In this document: positions 10,449 through 21,532 of the stretch, one piece after another
Position numbering within the stretch: the stretch's first letter is position 1
Layout: every line of letters starts with the position of its first letter
Notes under the pieces: model-generated
What the model saw: the letters and a program-made list of their open reading frames with translations, nothing else
What the model was told of the DNA's origin: nothing
Databases searched by the model: none
Made by a program: the position numbers and the translations under genes
Source of the DNA: Promethearchaeota archaeon
GTDB taxonomy: Archaea > Asgardarchaeota > Lokiarchaeia > Sigyniarchaeales > SOKP01
DNA length: 64,000 nt
Assembly: GCA_019057795.1 (NCBI GenBank)
Contig: JAHLWS010000049.1
Span: 32,001-96,000, forward strand
Direction of reading: 5' to 3'

Positions 10449-12281
10449 ATGAATGATTTAGAGATAAAACGAAAAAGTATGCCAAATGAACCTGGAGTTT
10501 ACTTTTTTATCAACAAAAAGGGTTCCATTATTTATGTGGGCAAAGCTCTAAATCTTAGAAAGAGGGTGAATCAATATTTCCAAAAAACAAACTACAGTGA
10601 TCCCTTTTACGAAGAAAAAATTAAGGAGTTAGTTAAAAACATTCATTCTATTGACTTCATCGTTACCGAAAACGAAAAAGAAGCTAAAATTTTAGAAAAC
10701 ATACAAATTAAGAAATATCAACCTCGTTTTAACGTAATAATGCGCGATTCTAAGACCTATCCATGGGTTGGGATATTTTTTTCGGAAACATACCCTAGAA
10801 TCCGACTTATAAGAGGACCAGAAAAGTATTCTCAAGAAAATTTGTTTTTAGGGCCTTATACAGATAAAAAGGAAATTAGTAGAATTTTAAGAGATTTGCG
10901 AAAAATTTTCCCCTATTGTTCTTGTAAAAATAAAGTTAAAAAGAAAAAAAACCCTTGTTTGTATTACCAATTGAAGCTATGCCCGGGACCATGTATTGAA
11001 GCAATAACTAAAGACGAATATTTAGAAAATATAAAACAAATAGAACTGTTTTTAAAAGGTCAAACTGAAGAGTTAAAGGGTCAGATTGAAGATAAGATGA
11101 AAAATGCGGCACAATCGCAAGATTTTGAAAGTGCTGCTTTTTGGAGAGATAAACTAAACGCAATAGATAATTCTACAATAACTCAAAGTGTTTTATTAGA
11201 AAACAAGGAAGATAAAGATATAATCGGCTATTTTAATGACGAGGGACAAAAATACATAGCGATGGTTATGATCCATATACGTGAAGGAAAGATATCGAAT
11301 AAAAGTTCTTTTATGTTAAAGATAAAAGAGAAATTAATTCATAAGGATGAGATTTTCCCTTCAATAATGGAACAGTTTTACCAAAATGTGACACACAATT
11401 TACCCGATGTTATTGTTGTTCCAGAGTTTTACGATGGAGTAGGTGTATTTAAAGAGATCCTTAAAGATTTCCGTGCTAACTTAAATATTCGAACACCTAT
11501 GGAAGAGGAATATGGCTTGGTTCGAATTGCGAATAAAAACGCTAAAGTTATTGTTGAACAAGAAATTCAAATGGAGAAACTTAAAAATAAAGAGGAAGAT
11601 CAAATTAAAAAAGCGTTGGAAGAAGCTAAAGAGATTTTTAATTTACCCAAAGCGCCTAGAATAATTGAAGGGTTCGATATTTCTAATATTGAAGGGACAG
11701 ATGCAACTGGATCTATGGTTTATTTTCTTGAAGGGCACCCTTATAATAAGAATTATCGCCACTTTAAGATTCATACAAAATCTACTCCGGACGATGTCGC
11801 TATGATGAAAGAGGTAATTAAACGGAGATACACAATGATTTTAGAGCGTAATTTAGAGTTACCAGACTTAATCCTCGTTGATGGAGGAAAGGGCCAATTG
11901 AACGCAGGACTTTCAGTTTTAAAGGATTTAGGTATTGAGGGCATTCCAATTATTGGTTTAGCAAAAAAATTTGAGGAAATTTATGTTCCCAACAAAAAGG
12001 ACCCTATTATTTTGCCAAAAAATTCACAACTTCTTAAAATTTTTCAAAGGGTCAGAGATGAGGCTCATCGGTTTGCAGTACGGCTTCATAAAAAACAACG
12101 AATAAAAAGGGTAAAAAGATCTATTTTGGATGACATAAAAGGTATAGGCCCAGCAACTAGAAATAAACTACTCACAAAATTTGGCAGTGTGAATAGTATT
12201 AAAGAAGCTTCTCTTGAAGAAATAGCTCAAGTTGTTGGAAAAAAGTTGGCTGATACAATATTAAAGAAGTTGAATAGTTGA
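10449..12281 (+). CDS. uvrC: excinuclease ABC subunit C
   Basis: PGVY/IYVGKA GIY-YIG domain, FDISN, LILVDGGKGQ, RDEAHRFA, C-terminal HhH. Confidence 0.97.
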   Translation: MNDLEIKRKSMPNEPGVYFFINKKGSIIYVGKALNLRKRVNQYFQKTNYSDPFYEEKIKELVKNIHSIDFIVTENEKEAKILENIQIKKYQPRFNVIMRDSKTYPWVGIFFSETYPRIRLIRGPEKYSQENLFLGPYTDKKEISRILRDLRKIFPYCSCKNKVKKKKNPCLYYQLKLCPGPCIEAITKDEYLENIKQIELFLKGQTEELKGQIEDKMKNAAQSQDFESAAFWRDKLNAIDNSTITQSVLLENKEDKDIIGYFNDEGQKYIAMVMIHIREGKISNKSSFMLKIKEKLIHKDEIFPSIMEQFYQNVTHNLPDVIVVPEFYDGVGVFKEILKDFRANLNIRTPMEEEYGLVRIANKNAKVIVEQEIQMEKLKNKEEDQIKKALEEAKEIFNLPKAPRIIEGFDISNIEGTDATGSMVYFLEGHPYNKNYRHFKIHTKSTPDDVAMMKEVIKRRYTMILERNLELPDLILVDGGKGQLNAGLSVLKDLGIEGIPIIGLAKKFEEIYVPNKKDPIILPKNSQLLKIFQRVRDEAHRFAVRLHKKQRIKRVKRSILDDIKGIGPATRNKLLTKFGSVNSIKEASLEEIAQVVGKKLADTILKKLNS

Positions 12282-12288
12282 AAAAACT

Positions 12289-13731
12289 TCATTTTAAATC
12301 TGAAATTACTAGCTTGATAAGTTCAGCTGTGGTTTCGCAATATATTCGGGCTAACGAATCACTTTTAGCTTCGCTAATAACCCTGACTAAAGTTTCTGTA
12401 TTTGAAGGATGAATAAGGACGAACCATTCCTTTTCTTTACCAAATCTAAGGTCGTAATCTATTTGGCTAACTATTTCCCCCTCATCCACCAATTCTTTCT
12501 TAATTCTATCAATTATTAGTTTTACATCCTTGGGAGCTAATTTTATACTTTTTCTATATGAAAAGAATTTCGGTAGTTTAGAGACGAGCTTTGATATTTT
12601 TTCTCCTGAATCTACTAGTATCTCAACAATTTTAGCAGCAGCAAAAATTCCATCTCTAGTGTTATTAAAACTTGGGAACATTATACCCCCACACGACCCT
12701 TCGCCGCCAAAAATTAAACTGTTTTTCGAAGTTTTGTTTCGCTCTTCTATTAAATTGTACATTTTTTCAACTAAAAAGATCTCTCCTATTGGCGTTTTTA
12801 TTACTCGCGCGCCGTATTTTTCAGCAATTACATCAAACATTGAAGAAGACGCTAAATTTGTTATAAAAATGACTTCTTCTGTTTGGTCCTCGTAATTTTT
12901 TAATTGGTGTTCCATAATAAGGGCTAAGCCAATATCCTCAGGATAACACGTACCATTTTCGCCTATAATTGCCAATCTATCGGCGTCGCAATCGTGGGCA
13001 AATCCAACATCGCATTTACCTTGCCAAACCTCCATAATTAAATCTTTCAAGTTATTTTGTATAGGTTCAATCTCCCTTGGAAATTTCTTATTTTTAATTA
13101 AATCGTTGTTGATTACCTTAACTTCACACCCCATTCCTTCAAGCATTTGAGGTGTAGCATTTTTGCCCGCTCCCGCTCCCGTATCTACAACGACTCTAAG
13201 ATTGTTGTTTTTTTTAATACTTTCAATATTAAGATCTTTAAACAGAGCTTGAATATAATCAGGGATAGGATTGAATTTGGTGATGTTTTTCTTTAAATTT
13301 CGTTTAGTTATTTTATAAGTTTTCAAATCAATATCATCTAACATACGAGCAATCTGTTCTAGATCCTCGTTATGTAAATAAGTCTTTGAAGATAACAGTT
13401 TTAAACCATTCCATTCTTGAGGATTGTGAGAGCCTGTAATAATAATTCCCGCAGGAATGTTTAACTTATTTTTTGTGTGAATAATAATTGGTGTTGGACA
13501 TACTCCGACATTTACCACGCTAAATCCTGTAGAAATTAAGCCCTCGACAACACCCTTTTCAAGAGTCTCTCCACTTGGTCGCGTATCTCTACCTATTATA
13601 ATTTTTTTTTTATCGCCATTAAACCATTCGCCAAAAGCGATAGCAATCTTTTTTGATGTTTTAAAGTTCAAATCTTTACCTGTAATTCCCCGAATTCCAC
13701 TAAAAGTAAAAATTAAATTATTTATTTTCAT
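12289..13731 (-). CDS. phosphohexomutase (PMM/PGM/GlmM family)
   Basis: GRDTR, ITGSHNP, DCDADR, GEGS motifs. Confidence 0.92.
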   Translation of the reverse strand: MKINNLIFTFSGIRGITGKDLNFKTSKKIAIAFGEWFNGDKKKIIIGRDTRPSGETLEKGVVEGLISTGFSVVNVGVCPTPIIIHTKNKLNIPAGIIITGSHNPQEWNGLKLLSSKTYLHNEDLEQIARMLDDIDLKTYKITKRNLKKNITKFNPIPDYIQALFKDLNIESIKKNNNLRVVVDTGAGAGKNATPQMLEGMGCEVKVINNDLIKNKKFPREIEPIQNNLKDLIMEVWQGKCDVGFAHDCDADRLAIIGENGTCYPEDIGLALIMEHQLKNYEDQTEEVIFITNLASSSMFDVIAEKYGARVIKTPIGEIFLVEKMYNLIEERNKTSKNSLIFGGEGSCGGIMFPSFNNTRDGIFAAAKIVEILVDSGEKISKLVSKLPKFFSYRKSIKLAPKDVKLIIDRIKKELVDEGEIVSQIDYDLRFGKEKEWFVLIHPSNTETLVRVISEAKSDSLARIYCETTAELIKLVISDLK

Positions 13732-13763
13732 AATAAATCGTTTGTACGATTGTAAAGAGAAAA

Positions 13764-14777
13764 TTAGGGTATTATTGGGTTTCCTTCTAACTTATACTTC
13801 ACGAGAGTCAACGCTCCCATTACGCCGATAGCATCCAAAAATTTTGTTACTTTTATTCTTGGAGGGTGATTTATCGTAAATAATACGGGATCTGTATTGA
13901 ATTGTTCAATAACGGGAGGTAAAATTAAATCGTAATCTTTCATCATAGCTCCACCAAAGTATACCGAAGTACAATCGTAATAATTGTTTACGAGTCCAAC
14001 TCCCACTTTAATATAAAATATACACTGCTCTAAAACGCTCTTAGAAAATTTATCTCCTCCTTTTGCTGCTTGGAAAATTTCTTTCGCCGTAATCTTAGAC
14101 TCATCGTTATCAATCATGAACATCAAAATTTTTGAGCTTAACTTAGTTGATTTTATCGCATTTAATGCTATGTTTTTAACTCCCGTTCCTGAGCTGTATA
14201 CTTCCCAACATCCGAAAGCACCACAATTACATTGAAAATTACTCTGTCGATTAACAATTCCATGTCCGATTTCTGCAGCATTCCCATCCTTTCCGAGAAG
14301 TAAATGCCCGTTACAAATAACTCCACCACCAATTCCCGTCGACACAGTTATATAAACTAGATTATCTTTTTCATCGTCACTTGCTTCAAAATAATGTACC
14401 CCTAAAACCGATGCGTTGCAATCGTTAATTAAATAGATCGGTACTCCTGGAAATCTTTCTTGAATTGGTTTTTTTAGGGGTATTTCTTTAAAACCTAAGT
14501 TAGCATTATTGAAAACTTCGCCAGTTTCTGCATCTAAAGGACCGGCTGATGCTAGACCAATACCTAAAACTTGTTCTTTCTCAATATTGTTTTCAATTAA
14601 CAACTGAGTAATTAAGGAAATTACGGTATTGCTGATTGAAAACTCGTTATCTTTAGGTGTTTGGGCAACTTTAGTTATTATATTTTCTTCCTTTAAACCA
14701 AAGGTACATAGAGCGACTCGAATCCACGTGCCTCCAATATCCGCCCCAACGATAAATTCCTTTATTATTATCACCAA
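13764..14777 (-). CDS. ROK-family sugar kinase (glucokinase-like)
   Basis: DIGGT, INDCNA, STGIGGG, EIGH...CNCG..GCWE. Confidence 0.92.
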   Translation of the reverse strand: MVIIIKEFIVGADIGGTWIRVALCTFGLKEENIITKVAQTPKDNEFSISNTVISLITQLLIENNIEKEQVLGIGLASAGPLDAETGEVFNNANLGFKEIPLKKPIQERFPGVPIYLINDCNASVLGVHYFEASDDEKDNLVYITVSTGIGGGVICNGHLLLGKDGNAAEIGHGIVNRQSNFQCNCGAFGCWEVYSSGTGVKNIALNAIKSTKLSSKILMFMIDNDESKITAKEIFQAAKGGDKFSKSVLEQCIFYIKVGVGLVNNYYDCTSVYFGGAMMKDYDLILPPVIEQFNTDPVLFTINHPPRIKVTKFLDAIGVMGALTLVKYKLEGNPIIP

Positions 14778-14794
14778 TTATATTTATTCAAAAC

Positions 14795-15592
14795 TTAATA
14801 ATAATTTATCTCTATCTCTATTAAGTTATTATTAATTAATTCTTTAAAAGTTTTAACAATCTGTTTCTTTCTTCTATCGTCAATTGCATAGACGAAATAT
14901 TCTGATGGTATTCTTGCGATTGAATATAATTGTACAATATCGGGTTTAATTTTTTTTATCGCATAAGCTAATTGCTCAATATTTTCTTTATTATCGTTGG
15001 AAATAAAATCTTCTCTGTAAGAATTATAAATTAAACATTGAATTGCTAATTTCTTAGTTGGCATATCTTTTCTCAATTTAACAAGCGATTCAACAATAGT
15101 GTTAACATCTGGACTGTCTTTATGTGGTCTATTAGTGCTTATAAAGTCGTTTTCAGTAGCGGCGTCTAATTTTGCCAACACAAGATCAAAATGCTTTACT
15201 CTTTCTCGAACTTCGCTTGAATAAAGAGTACTAGAATTAGTAAAAAGAGTAATAAGAGGAGGTTCGTTGGTCCATTTCAAATCTCTTCTAACATCTAAAG
15301 TGATGGTGTAAAAATCTAATAAATTTTCATTGAGTGTGGGTTCTCCGTTATATCCGACCGTTATTGATTTTAAATGAGGGACATATTTTAATATATCTTT
15401 AAGTTCTTTTCTAAAGTTAGAAGATGGAGGGGCTTTAATTCTATACTCTGGAGAAACTACTTCTTTAGTAGGGCCTATCTCGCAATATACGCAATTGTAG
15501 GTGCATAATTTATTTTTTGGTAGAATATCTATCCCTAACGAGAGCCCTAGCCGTCTTGATCGAAATGGGCCATAAGTGTATTGACGTGGCAT
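14795..15592 (-). CDS. radical SAM Fe-S oxidoreductase
   Basis: YGPFRSRRLGLSLGI, CTYNCVYC, GEPTL. Confidence 0.9.
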   Translation of the reverse strand: MPRQYTYGPFRSRRLGLSLGIDILPKNKLCTYNCVYCEIGPTKEVVSPEYRIKAPPSSNFRKELKDILKYVPHLKSITVGYNGEPTLNENLLDFYTITLDVRRDLKWTNEPPLITLFTNSSTLYSSEVRERVKHFDLVLAKLDAATENDFISTNRPHKDSPDVNTIVESLVKLRKDMPTKKLAIQCLIYNSYREDFISNDNKENIEQLAYAIKKIKPDIVQLYSIARIPSEYFVYAIDDRRKKQIVKTFKELINNNLIEIEINYY

Positions 15593-15602
15593 GTGATTAT
15601 TT

Positions 15603-16367
15603 TTAATTAAAATAATTAATGATAAAATTCTCTATCGATTTATTGACCTCACTTGGTTTTTCTAACATAACCATGTGTCCAGCATCTATTATTACATTTA
15701 ACTCTGAATTTTTAATTTTATCGCGAAAAAATTGCGAATATTTAACCGGCGTCATCTTATCTTGTTTCCCTACGATAATTAGACATGGAACTTCAATACT
15801 ATCTGTTTTATCTATAGTATCAAAGTTATCGCAAATTTTAAAATCTTCATATGTGACATCTGCTTTAATTTTCGAAGTTTCTTGAACATATATATCTATT
15901 AATTCTCTTGGTGTTTTTCTATAGAATATCCCAGCTGGTAAAGAGTCTAAAAACTCTTGATAATTGGCTCTTAAAGAGTTTAGGATAATTGGGGCAACTC
16001 TTAACCTTCCCCCGGTGCCGCATAAAATTAAACCTGAGATTTCTTTAGTGTATGTAAAATAATATTGTTGAGTAATAGCTCCTCCCAAAGAATGTCCACA
16101 TAATATTACATTGTCATAGTTTAAAGAATTAATTAGGTGTCGAATTACATCAACATATAAATCGAGGGTTAGCTCTGAAAAATCATTTGAATTGTTGTGG
16201 GAAGGTAAATCGATAGCGATAAGATCGTAATTAACTTCAAGATCGAATTGATTTTTCCAAGTATTTGAACTTCCTCCTGAGCCGTGTATAAAAATAATTA
16301 CATTTTTACTTTCGGTTTCTTTAATCCGATAAAACATATTCTTCTCTTTATAACTCAAGAAAGGCAT
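15603..16367 (-). CDS. alpha/beta hydrolase
   Basis: IHGSGG, GHSLGG nucleophile elbow, D and AGH catalytic positions. Confidence 0.92.
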   Translation of the reverse strand: MPFLSYKEKNMFYRIKETESKNVIIFIHGSGGSSNTWKNQFDLEVNYDLIAIDLPSHNNSNDFSELTLDLYVDVIRHLINSLNYDNVILCGHSLGGAITQQYYFTYTKEISGLILCGTGGRLRVAPIILNSLRANYQEFLDSLPAGIFYRKTPRELIDIYVQETSKIKADVTYEDFKICDNFDTIDKTDSIEVPCLIIVGKQDKMTPVKYSQFFRDKIKNSELNVIIDAGHMVMLEKPSEVNKSIENFIINYFN

Positions 16368-16464
16368 TATTTTTCGTTGAAATTTTTATTTAATCTAATT
16401 AATAATATACTGAAAAGAAGAATTTAATTTAGTTTTTTCACTTAAGAAATAAAAAAAATTAAGA

Positions 16465-19005
16465 TTATTGATTGTTAATTTCAATATCTCGGCGTTGCAT
16501 TTCTAAAAGCCGTTTATATTTGCCGTTTGAAGCTAATAAACTTTCATGGTTCCCTTGTTCTATGATACCATGTTTATCAGAACCTAGAACGATTATCTGA
16601 TCTGCATTCTTTATCGTTGATAAGCGGTGTGCGATGATAATGGTGGTACGACCCTTGCGAGCTTTATTTAAAGCATCTTGGATCAAAGTCTCGGTGTATG
16701 GGTCCACAGAAGAAGTTGCCTCATCTAAAATCAAGATTTTAGGGTCGGTAATTAGAGCTCGAGCAAAAGCAATTAATTGACGTTGTCCTATAGAAATGTT
16801 AGACCCATTTTCTTTTAATTTTTTATCGTATTTCTTGTGTAAAGTCTCAACAAAATTATGTAATCCTAAGAATTTAGAAACTTCAATCATCTTATTTTCG
16901 ATTTCAGGGTTTGGATTATCAATGCCATAGAGTAAATTCTCTTTGATAGTTCCCGTAAAAAGATAGGCATCCTGAGGTACAAATCCTATTAATCCTCGTA
17001 AATCCTTTTTGTTTACTTCCCGAATATCGATCCCATCAACGAGTATTTTTCCGACATTTACATCGTAGAATCGAGAGAGAAGCTTTACTAACGTTGTTTT
17101 TCCTGCGCCAGTCTCACCCGCAATCGCTAGAGTAGCACCAGGAGGGACTTTTAAGTTAAAATCTTTTAATACGTAACCTTTAGATTGTTGGCGTTTAATT
17201 AACATCTTTTTTTCTTCTATAGCATCTTTCACTACTTTTGGAATCTTATTTGAGATCTCCGGAGGAATTGATATGCTGGCAAGGGTTTCGAGGATTGCTT
17301 GAGGAGACATCTGCATAGCGCCACTGCCCATTAGTCCTTGGCTGTCTCCTCCCATTCCACCACTAGTTGGTTGTTTAAAACCTGATTTTGAGCGAAGCAT
17401 TTTTTCTAAGCTTTTAACCATCATTTCGATCATTTTGGGAGGAATCAATTGCCCCATTGACGGTTGATCTTTTGAAGGCATGCCTTTCTTTAGATCACTA
17501 TCTTTACTTTTAAAGGATGTGTCATATTCAGGATGTTTTTCTGCTAAATCTGTATTTGGAACGGCATATTGGTATTCGTCTAAAATTTCATCAATTATCT
17601 TAGGAGCGTCCTCGGGCTTAACTCCCATTAAGCTCATGAACAATTTCTGTCGAATATTTTGAGGCATGTACATGCTGTTTTTAAGCATGAAAGAGGAATA
17701 TGGTTCCGGGAAAGTTTTCATCAGCTCTATTGCTTTTTTAATCATAGGATTCTGTAGCATTGGGTTTTGTACACCAGGTGCGGGAGATCCAGATATAATT
17801 TCGGGTGATTGTTTTTCCTTATTATTATCTAAAATGTAGCCAAAACTAACGTTAATAAACTCAATATTTCCTTTAGGTTCGGAAAATGTTTTCGCACTTA
17901 TTGGCTCAGGTATTTCTACGCTTTCTTCCAATACAGATAATATTCGATCTGAAGCTGCTAAAGCGCTCCCTATAATCTGTTGCATTTGTAATAACATCAT
18001 GAATGGGCGGAAAAATTGAGAGAGTAACGAAATAAAGGCAACAAGAACTCCAACCGAAACAGTAATACCAAAAAAATTAATTTCTCCAATTGCTATAAAG
18101 CCTCCAAGTAATAGTATAATCACTGTGAGAACCGTAACTATTAAGGAAAATAGAGGGAAAATTGTAGCCATGATTCTTCTAATCTTAACCATTATCTTAT
18201 AATTAGCTGTATTTGCTTGATCAAACTCGGAGGATGCTCTTTTCTCTTGCCCATATGCTTTTACTATCCTCGCTCCTGCAATATTCTCTTGAATCGAAGT
18301 TGTAACTTGACCAATTGTTTCTCTAGCCTTCTTAAAAACACCTATTATAATTTTTTGAATAAATATTGCCATAATAAAAAATATAGGAATTATTATCAAG
18401 CTGATTAAGGCTAAATAGACGTTGAGCAAGAACATAATTAATATAGTAATAACAATGGATACAATATTGGTTATTATCTGTACAAATTGCCCTCCTACTA
18501 GTAAGTTAAGTTGAGTAACGTCGTTAGTTGTAATTGAGATTATATCTCCTGAAGGCCGTTGATCGAAATAATTAAGAGACATGTCTTGCAATTTAAAAAA
18601 GAGATCATTTCTTACTTCGTACGTAACTTTTTGCGATATTTTTCCCATTCCATATTGAGAAATATAAGTTGTGACTGCCATGAAGACGAGTAGGCTTAAA
18701 AACACTCCACTCATGATTATTACGAAATATGGATCCCTTGCTACAATCCCATTATCTATTATAGCTGCAGTAACTAGCGGACTTATGGTTAAAATTATGC
18801 TCCCTAATAAGAGAAGTATAGTATACAGCACAAATTTCCATTTAAACGATTTTAGATATGAAAGTATCCATTTCAATAGAACTTTGCTAGGATGTTCTAA
18901 GTCTGGTTTACCTTCTCCAAACGAGGGATGCCGATGAAAACCTAAAGACGGCTGATTGATTTTTTTTTCTTCTTTTCTCTCTTTATTTTCTTCTGCATAA
19001 CTCAT
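16465..19005 (-). CDS. ABC exporter (TMD+NBD) with ~220-aa insertion in the NBD
   Basis: 6-TM domain, GETGAGKT, ISIGQRQ, ILDEATSSVD, IAHRL. Confidence 0.92.
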   Translation of the reverse strand: MSYAEENKERKEEKKINQPSLGFHRHPSFGEGKPDLEHPSKVLLKWILSYLKSFKWKFVLYTILLLLGSIILTISPLVTAAIIDNGIVARDPYFVIIMSGVFLSLLVFMAVTTYISQYGMGKISQKVTYEVRNDLFFKLQDMSLNYFDQRPSGDIISITTNDVTQLNLLVGGQFVQIITNIVSIVITILIMFLLNVYLALISLIIIPIFFIMAIFIQKIIIGVFKKARETIGQVTTSIQENIAGARIVKAYGQEKRASSEFDQANTANYKIMVKIRRIMATIFPLFSLIVTVLTVIILLLGGFIAIGEINFFGITVSVGVLVAFISLLSQFFRPFMMLLQMQQIIGSALAASDRILSVLEESVEIPEPISAKTFSEPKGNIEFINVSFGYILDNNKEKQSPEIISGSPAPGVQNPMLQNPMIKKAIELMKTFPEPYSSFMLKNSMYMPQNIRQKLFMSLMGVKPEDAPKIIDEILDEYQYAVPNTDLAEKHPEYDTSFKSKDSDLKKGMPSKDQPSMGQLIPPKMIEMMVKSLEKMLRSKSGFKQPTSGGMGGDSQGLMGSGAMQMSPQAILETLASISIPPEISNKIPKVVKDAIEEKKMLIKRQQSKGYVLKDFNLKVPPGATLAIAGETGAGKTTLVKLLSRFYDVNVGKILVDGIDIREVNKKDLRGLIGFVPQDAYLFTGTIKENLLYGIDNPNPEIENKMIEVSKFLGLHNFVETLHKKYDKKLKENGSNISIGQRQLIAFARALITDPKILILDEATSSVDPYTETLIQDALNKARKGRTTIIIAHRLSTIKNADQIIVLGSDKHGIIEQGNHESLLASNGKYKRLLEMQRRDIEINNQ

Positions 19006-20789
19006 GGAAGATCACCTTTATTACTATTATTTTCTTCAAAATCTGGTAATGACTTTTGTTTGTAATATAATGTTTCATAAATTTGTCTGTATAACACATT
19101 AGTTTTAATTAAATCATCGTGAACACCAAAACCTATTACCCTTCCTTTATCTAAAACTAATATCTTATCAGCATTACGAATAGTCGAAATTCGTTGAGTA
19201 ATAATGAAAGTTGTAGTTCCCTTAGTGATTTTTTCTAATCCTTTTTGAATTTCAAATTCGGTCTCAACATCTACTGAACTGGTAGAATCATCAAAAATTA
19301 GAATTTTTGGCTTTATAATTAACGCACGAGCAATAGAAAGACGTTGTTTTTGACCCCCTGACAGCCTTGTACCACGTTCACCTACTATAGAATCGTATTC
19401 TTTTGGTAAAGAAATGATAAAATCATGTAAATTGGCAATTTTAGCCGCTTCAATTATCTCTTCCATAGTTGCGTTTTCTTTGCCATATGAAATATTATCA
19501 GCAATACTTTTATTGAACAAAAATGTTTCTTGAGATACAATCCCAACATTTTTCCTTAAATCTTGTAGACGATACTTACGGATATCTTCTTGATCAATTT
19601 TGATTACCCCTTCACTTACTTCATAAAACCGAGGAATTAAATTGATAATTGTAGATTTTCCCGATCCTGTCGTTCCAAGTATTGCCAATTTTTTTCCAGA
19701 AGCAATATTAAATGACACATTTTTTAAAATCCTATGGTCAGAAGTGTATCCAAAAGAAACGTTTTCAAATTCTACATCGCCTTTCATATGTTCAATCGGG
19801 GTTGCGTTGGGTAAATCTTTAACTTCTGGAGTTGATTCTAAAACATCTCTCACGCGAGTTAAAGCCGCATCGGCTTGAACGTACATCAACATAATTTGTC
19901 CTAACATAACTAAAGGGAATCCAAGAGTCGCGATAAACGATTGTAAAGTAATCAAGGTAGCTAATGTCATTACCTCTTCTATTACCCAAATTCCACCAAC
20001 TAATAATGTGAATACGGTCATGAAGCCAATTATTATGAATATGCTTGGCATATAGAGTGAATTCAGTTTTACTGAACGAACGCTAGCTTTATAAAACCGC
20101 TCATTGTTTTTAGAAAATTTTTGAAGTTCTTTACCTTGAGTATTAAACATCCGTACTACTTGAGCGCCTACTATATTTTCTCTAATTGTATTAGTTAATG
20201 CCCCAAAACTATTCCTAGTCTCTAAAAATATTGGTTTTAACTTTTTAGCAAGATAATACGATAATAAAAGAGAACTTACAATGGCTATTGACAATAACCA
20301 AGATAATTCTATACTAAAAAGAATGAACCCGATAGTGACCCCTCCTAATTGGAGAATGGATCTAAGTCCTAAAGTCAACCCCATACCAAAGATTTGTTCG
20401 CTTTCTTCCACATCACTTGTAGCTCGTGCAATTAATTGACCCGTCTCAGTTTTATCAAAATAAGAAAAAGATTGTCGAGAAATGGCGTTGTTGATATCCG
20501 TGCGAAGATAATAAACTGCTCTTGAGGAAACTTCAGCGCCTCTTAATCGTGCGGCTCTTTCCAATATAAAGGCTAGAATACCAAACATAAGAATTAAGCT
20601 AAATGAAATAATTAGATCACTAGCATTAGATAGCACTGAAAGATTCGGATCTAAGCCCCCAATCATTCTTCCTATTAACATAGGGACGAGTACTAAAAAC
20701 AGAGTAGACATTAATAAATAGATTACTTCGAGAATGAAATCCTTCTTAGATTTCATCCAATATTTTAAAATCATTTTAAATGTATTCAT
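19002..20789 (-). CDS. ABC exporter (TMD+NBD), heterodimer partner
   Basis: GTTGSGKS, LSGGQKQR, degenerate FDDSTS Walker B and ITQR switch; ATGA overlap with downstream gene. Confidence 0.93.
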   Translation of the reverse strand: MNTFKMILKYWMKSKKDFILEVIYLLMSTLFLVLVPMLIGRMIGGLDPNLSVLSNASDLIISFSLILMFGILAFILERAARLRGAEVSSRAVYYLRTDINNAISRQSFSYFDKTETGQLIARATSDVEESEQIFGMGLTLGLRSILQLGGVTIGFILFSIELSWLLSIAIVSSLLLSYYLAKKLKPIFLETRNSFGALTNTIRENIVGAQVVRMFNTQGKELQKFSKNNERFYKASVRSVKLNSLYMPSIFIIIGFMTVFTLLVGGIWVIEEVMTLATLITLQSFIATLGFPLVMLGQIMLMYVQADAALTRVRDVLESTPEVKDLPNATPIEHMKGDVEFENVSFGYTSDHRILKNVSFNIASGKKLAILGTTGSGKSTIINLIPRFYEVSEGVIKIDQEDIRKYRLQDLRKNVGIVSQETFLFNKSIADNISYGKENATMEEIIEAAKIANLHDFIISLPKEYDSIVGERGTRLSGGQKQRLSIARALIIKPKILIFDDSTSSVDVETEFEIQKGLEKITKGTTTFIITQRISTIRNADKILVLDKGRVIGFGVHDDLIKTNVLYRQIYETLYYKQKSLPDFEENNSNKGDLP

Positions 20790-21373
20790 ACTACTTTTTT
20801 CTCCTCGTCTGAGTTTTTATCAATTGCTTTATTTTTTAATTCTGAGATTACTTCCTCAATTTTCTGATATTGTTTGTTTAATCGTTTAATCTTTTGCGAA
20901 AGCTTTAATTTGTGAAACTCTAATAATTTTAATTTCTCCTCTTCGGATTTTTCTTCAAGTTTTTCGAAAAAGAAGTTAAATGGCCCTTGCATCGGAAAGA
21001 AATGTCCTGATAACTTCTTATCTGAGCCTATTGTTGCCGCTATTAGTGTTTCTATTGACTCATTAATTATTTGTTGCTTTTCAACCATTAATTTTAGTGT
21101 TTCTTCTCCTTTTTTTGTTACTTCGTAAACTTTCCTAGTTCTTCCTTCTTCTTGTTGTTCTATGTATGTAATTAAGCCATTTTTAGTCATTTCCTTAAGC
21201 ACTGTATACATTGTAGATGCGGGAGGGGACCATATTCCGAGAGTTCGGTTAGTTATATCTTTGCTAATTTTATAACCGTATGAAGGGTTCTTCTCGAGAA
21301 TTAACAATATGAGCGCACTAATGAAGCCTTTTTTCATTGCTTTTTCAAAATTCTTTGTAATTTCTTCAACCAT
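20786..21373 (-). CDS. PadR-family transcriptional regulator
   Basis: SYGYKI, STMYTVL, RKVYEVTKKG; ATGA overlap with ABC gene. Confidence 0.9.
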   Translation of the reverse strand: MVEEITKNFEKAMKKGFISALILLILEKNPSYGYKISKDITNRTLGIWSPPASTMYTVLKEMTKNGLITYIEQQEEGRTRKVYEVTKKGEETLKLMVEKQQIINESIETLIAATIGSDKKLSGHFFPMQGPFNFFFEKLEEKSEEEKLKLLEFHKLKLSQKIKRLNKQYQKIEEVISELKNKAIDKNSDEEKKVV

Positions 21374-21438
21374 TCTATTAAACCTTCAAAAAAGTTGTTT
21401 ATAAAAAAATAGAAATAATATAATATCTCACTTATGGA

Positions 21439-21461
21439 TATATATCGATTATTGATATATA
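21439..21461. promoter_or_regulatory. imperfect palindrome, candidate PadR operator
   Basis: TATATATCGAT-T-ATTGATATATA (one mismatch) between divergent padR and DUF362 genes. Confidence 0.5.
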
Positions 21462-21532
21462 AATATTGCTATGAAATAATATAAATACCATAATAAACAA
21501 CATTGTTACTAAATATAATTGGTGTGTGAAGA

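Noticed and set aside
17176-17835. ABC NBD insertion as an intein
   Set aside because: No N-terminal Cys/Ser block, no His-Asn end and no homing endonuclease motifs.
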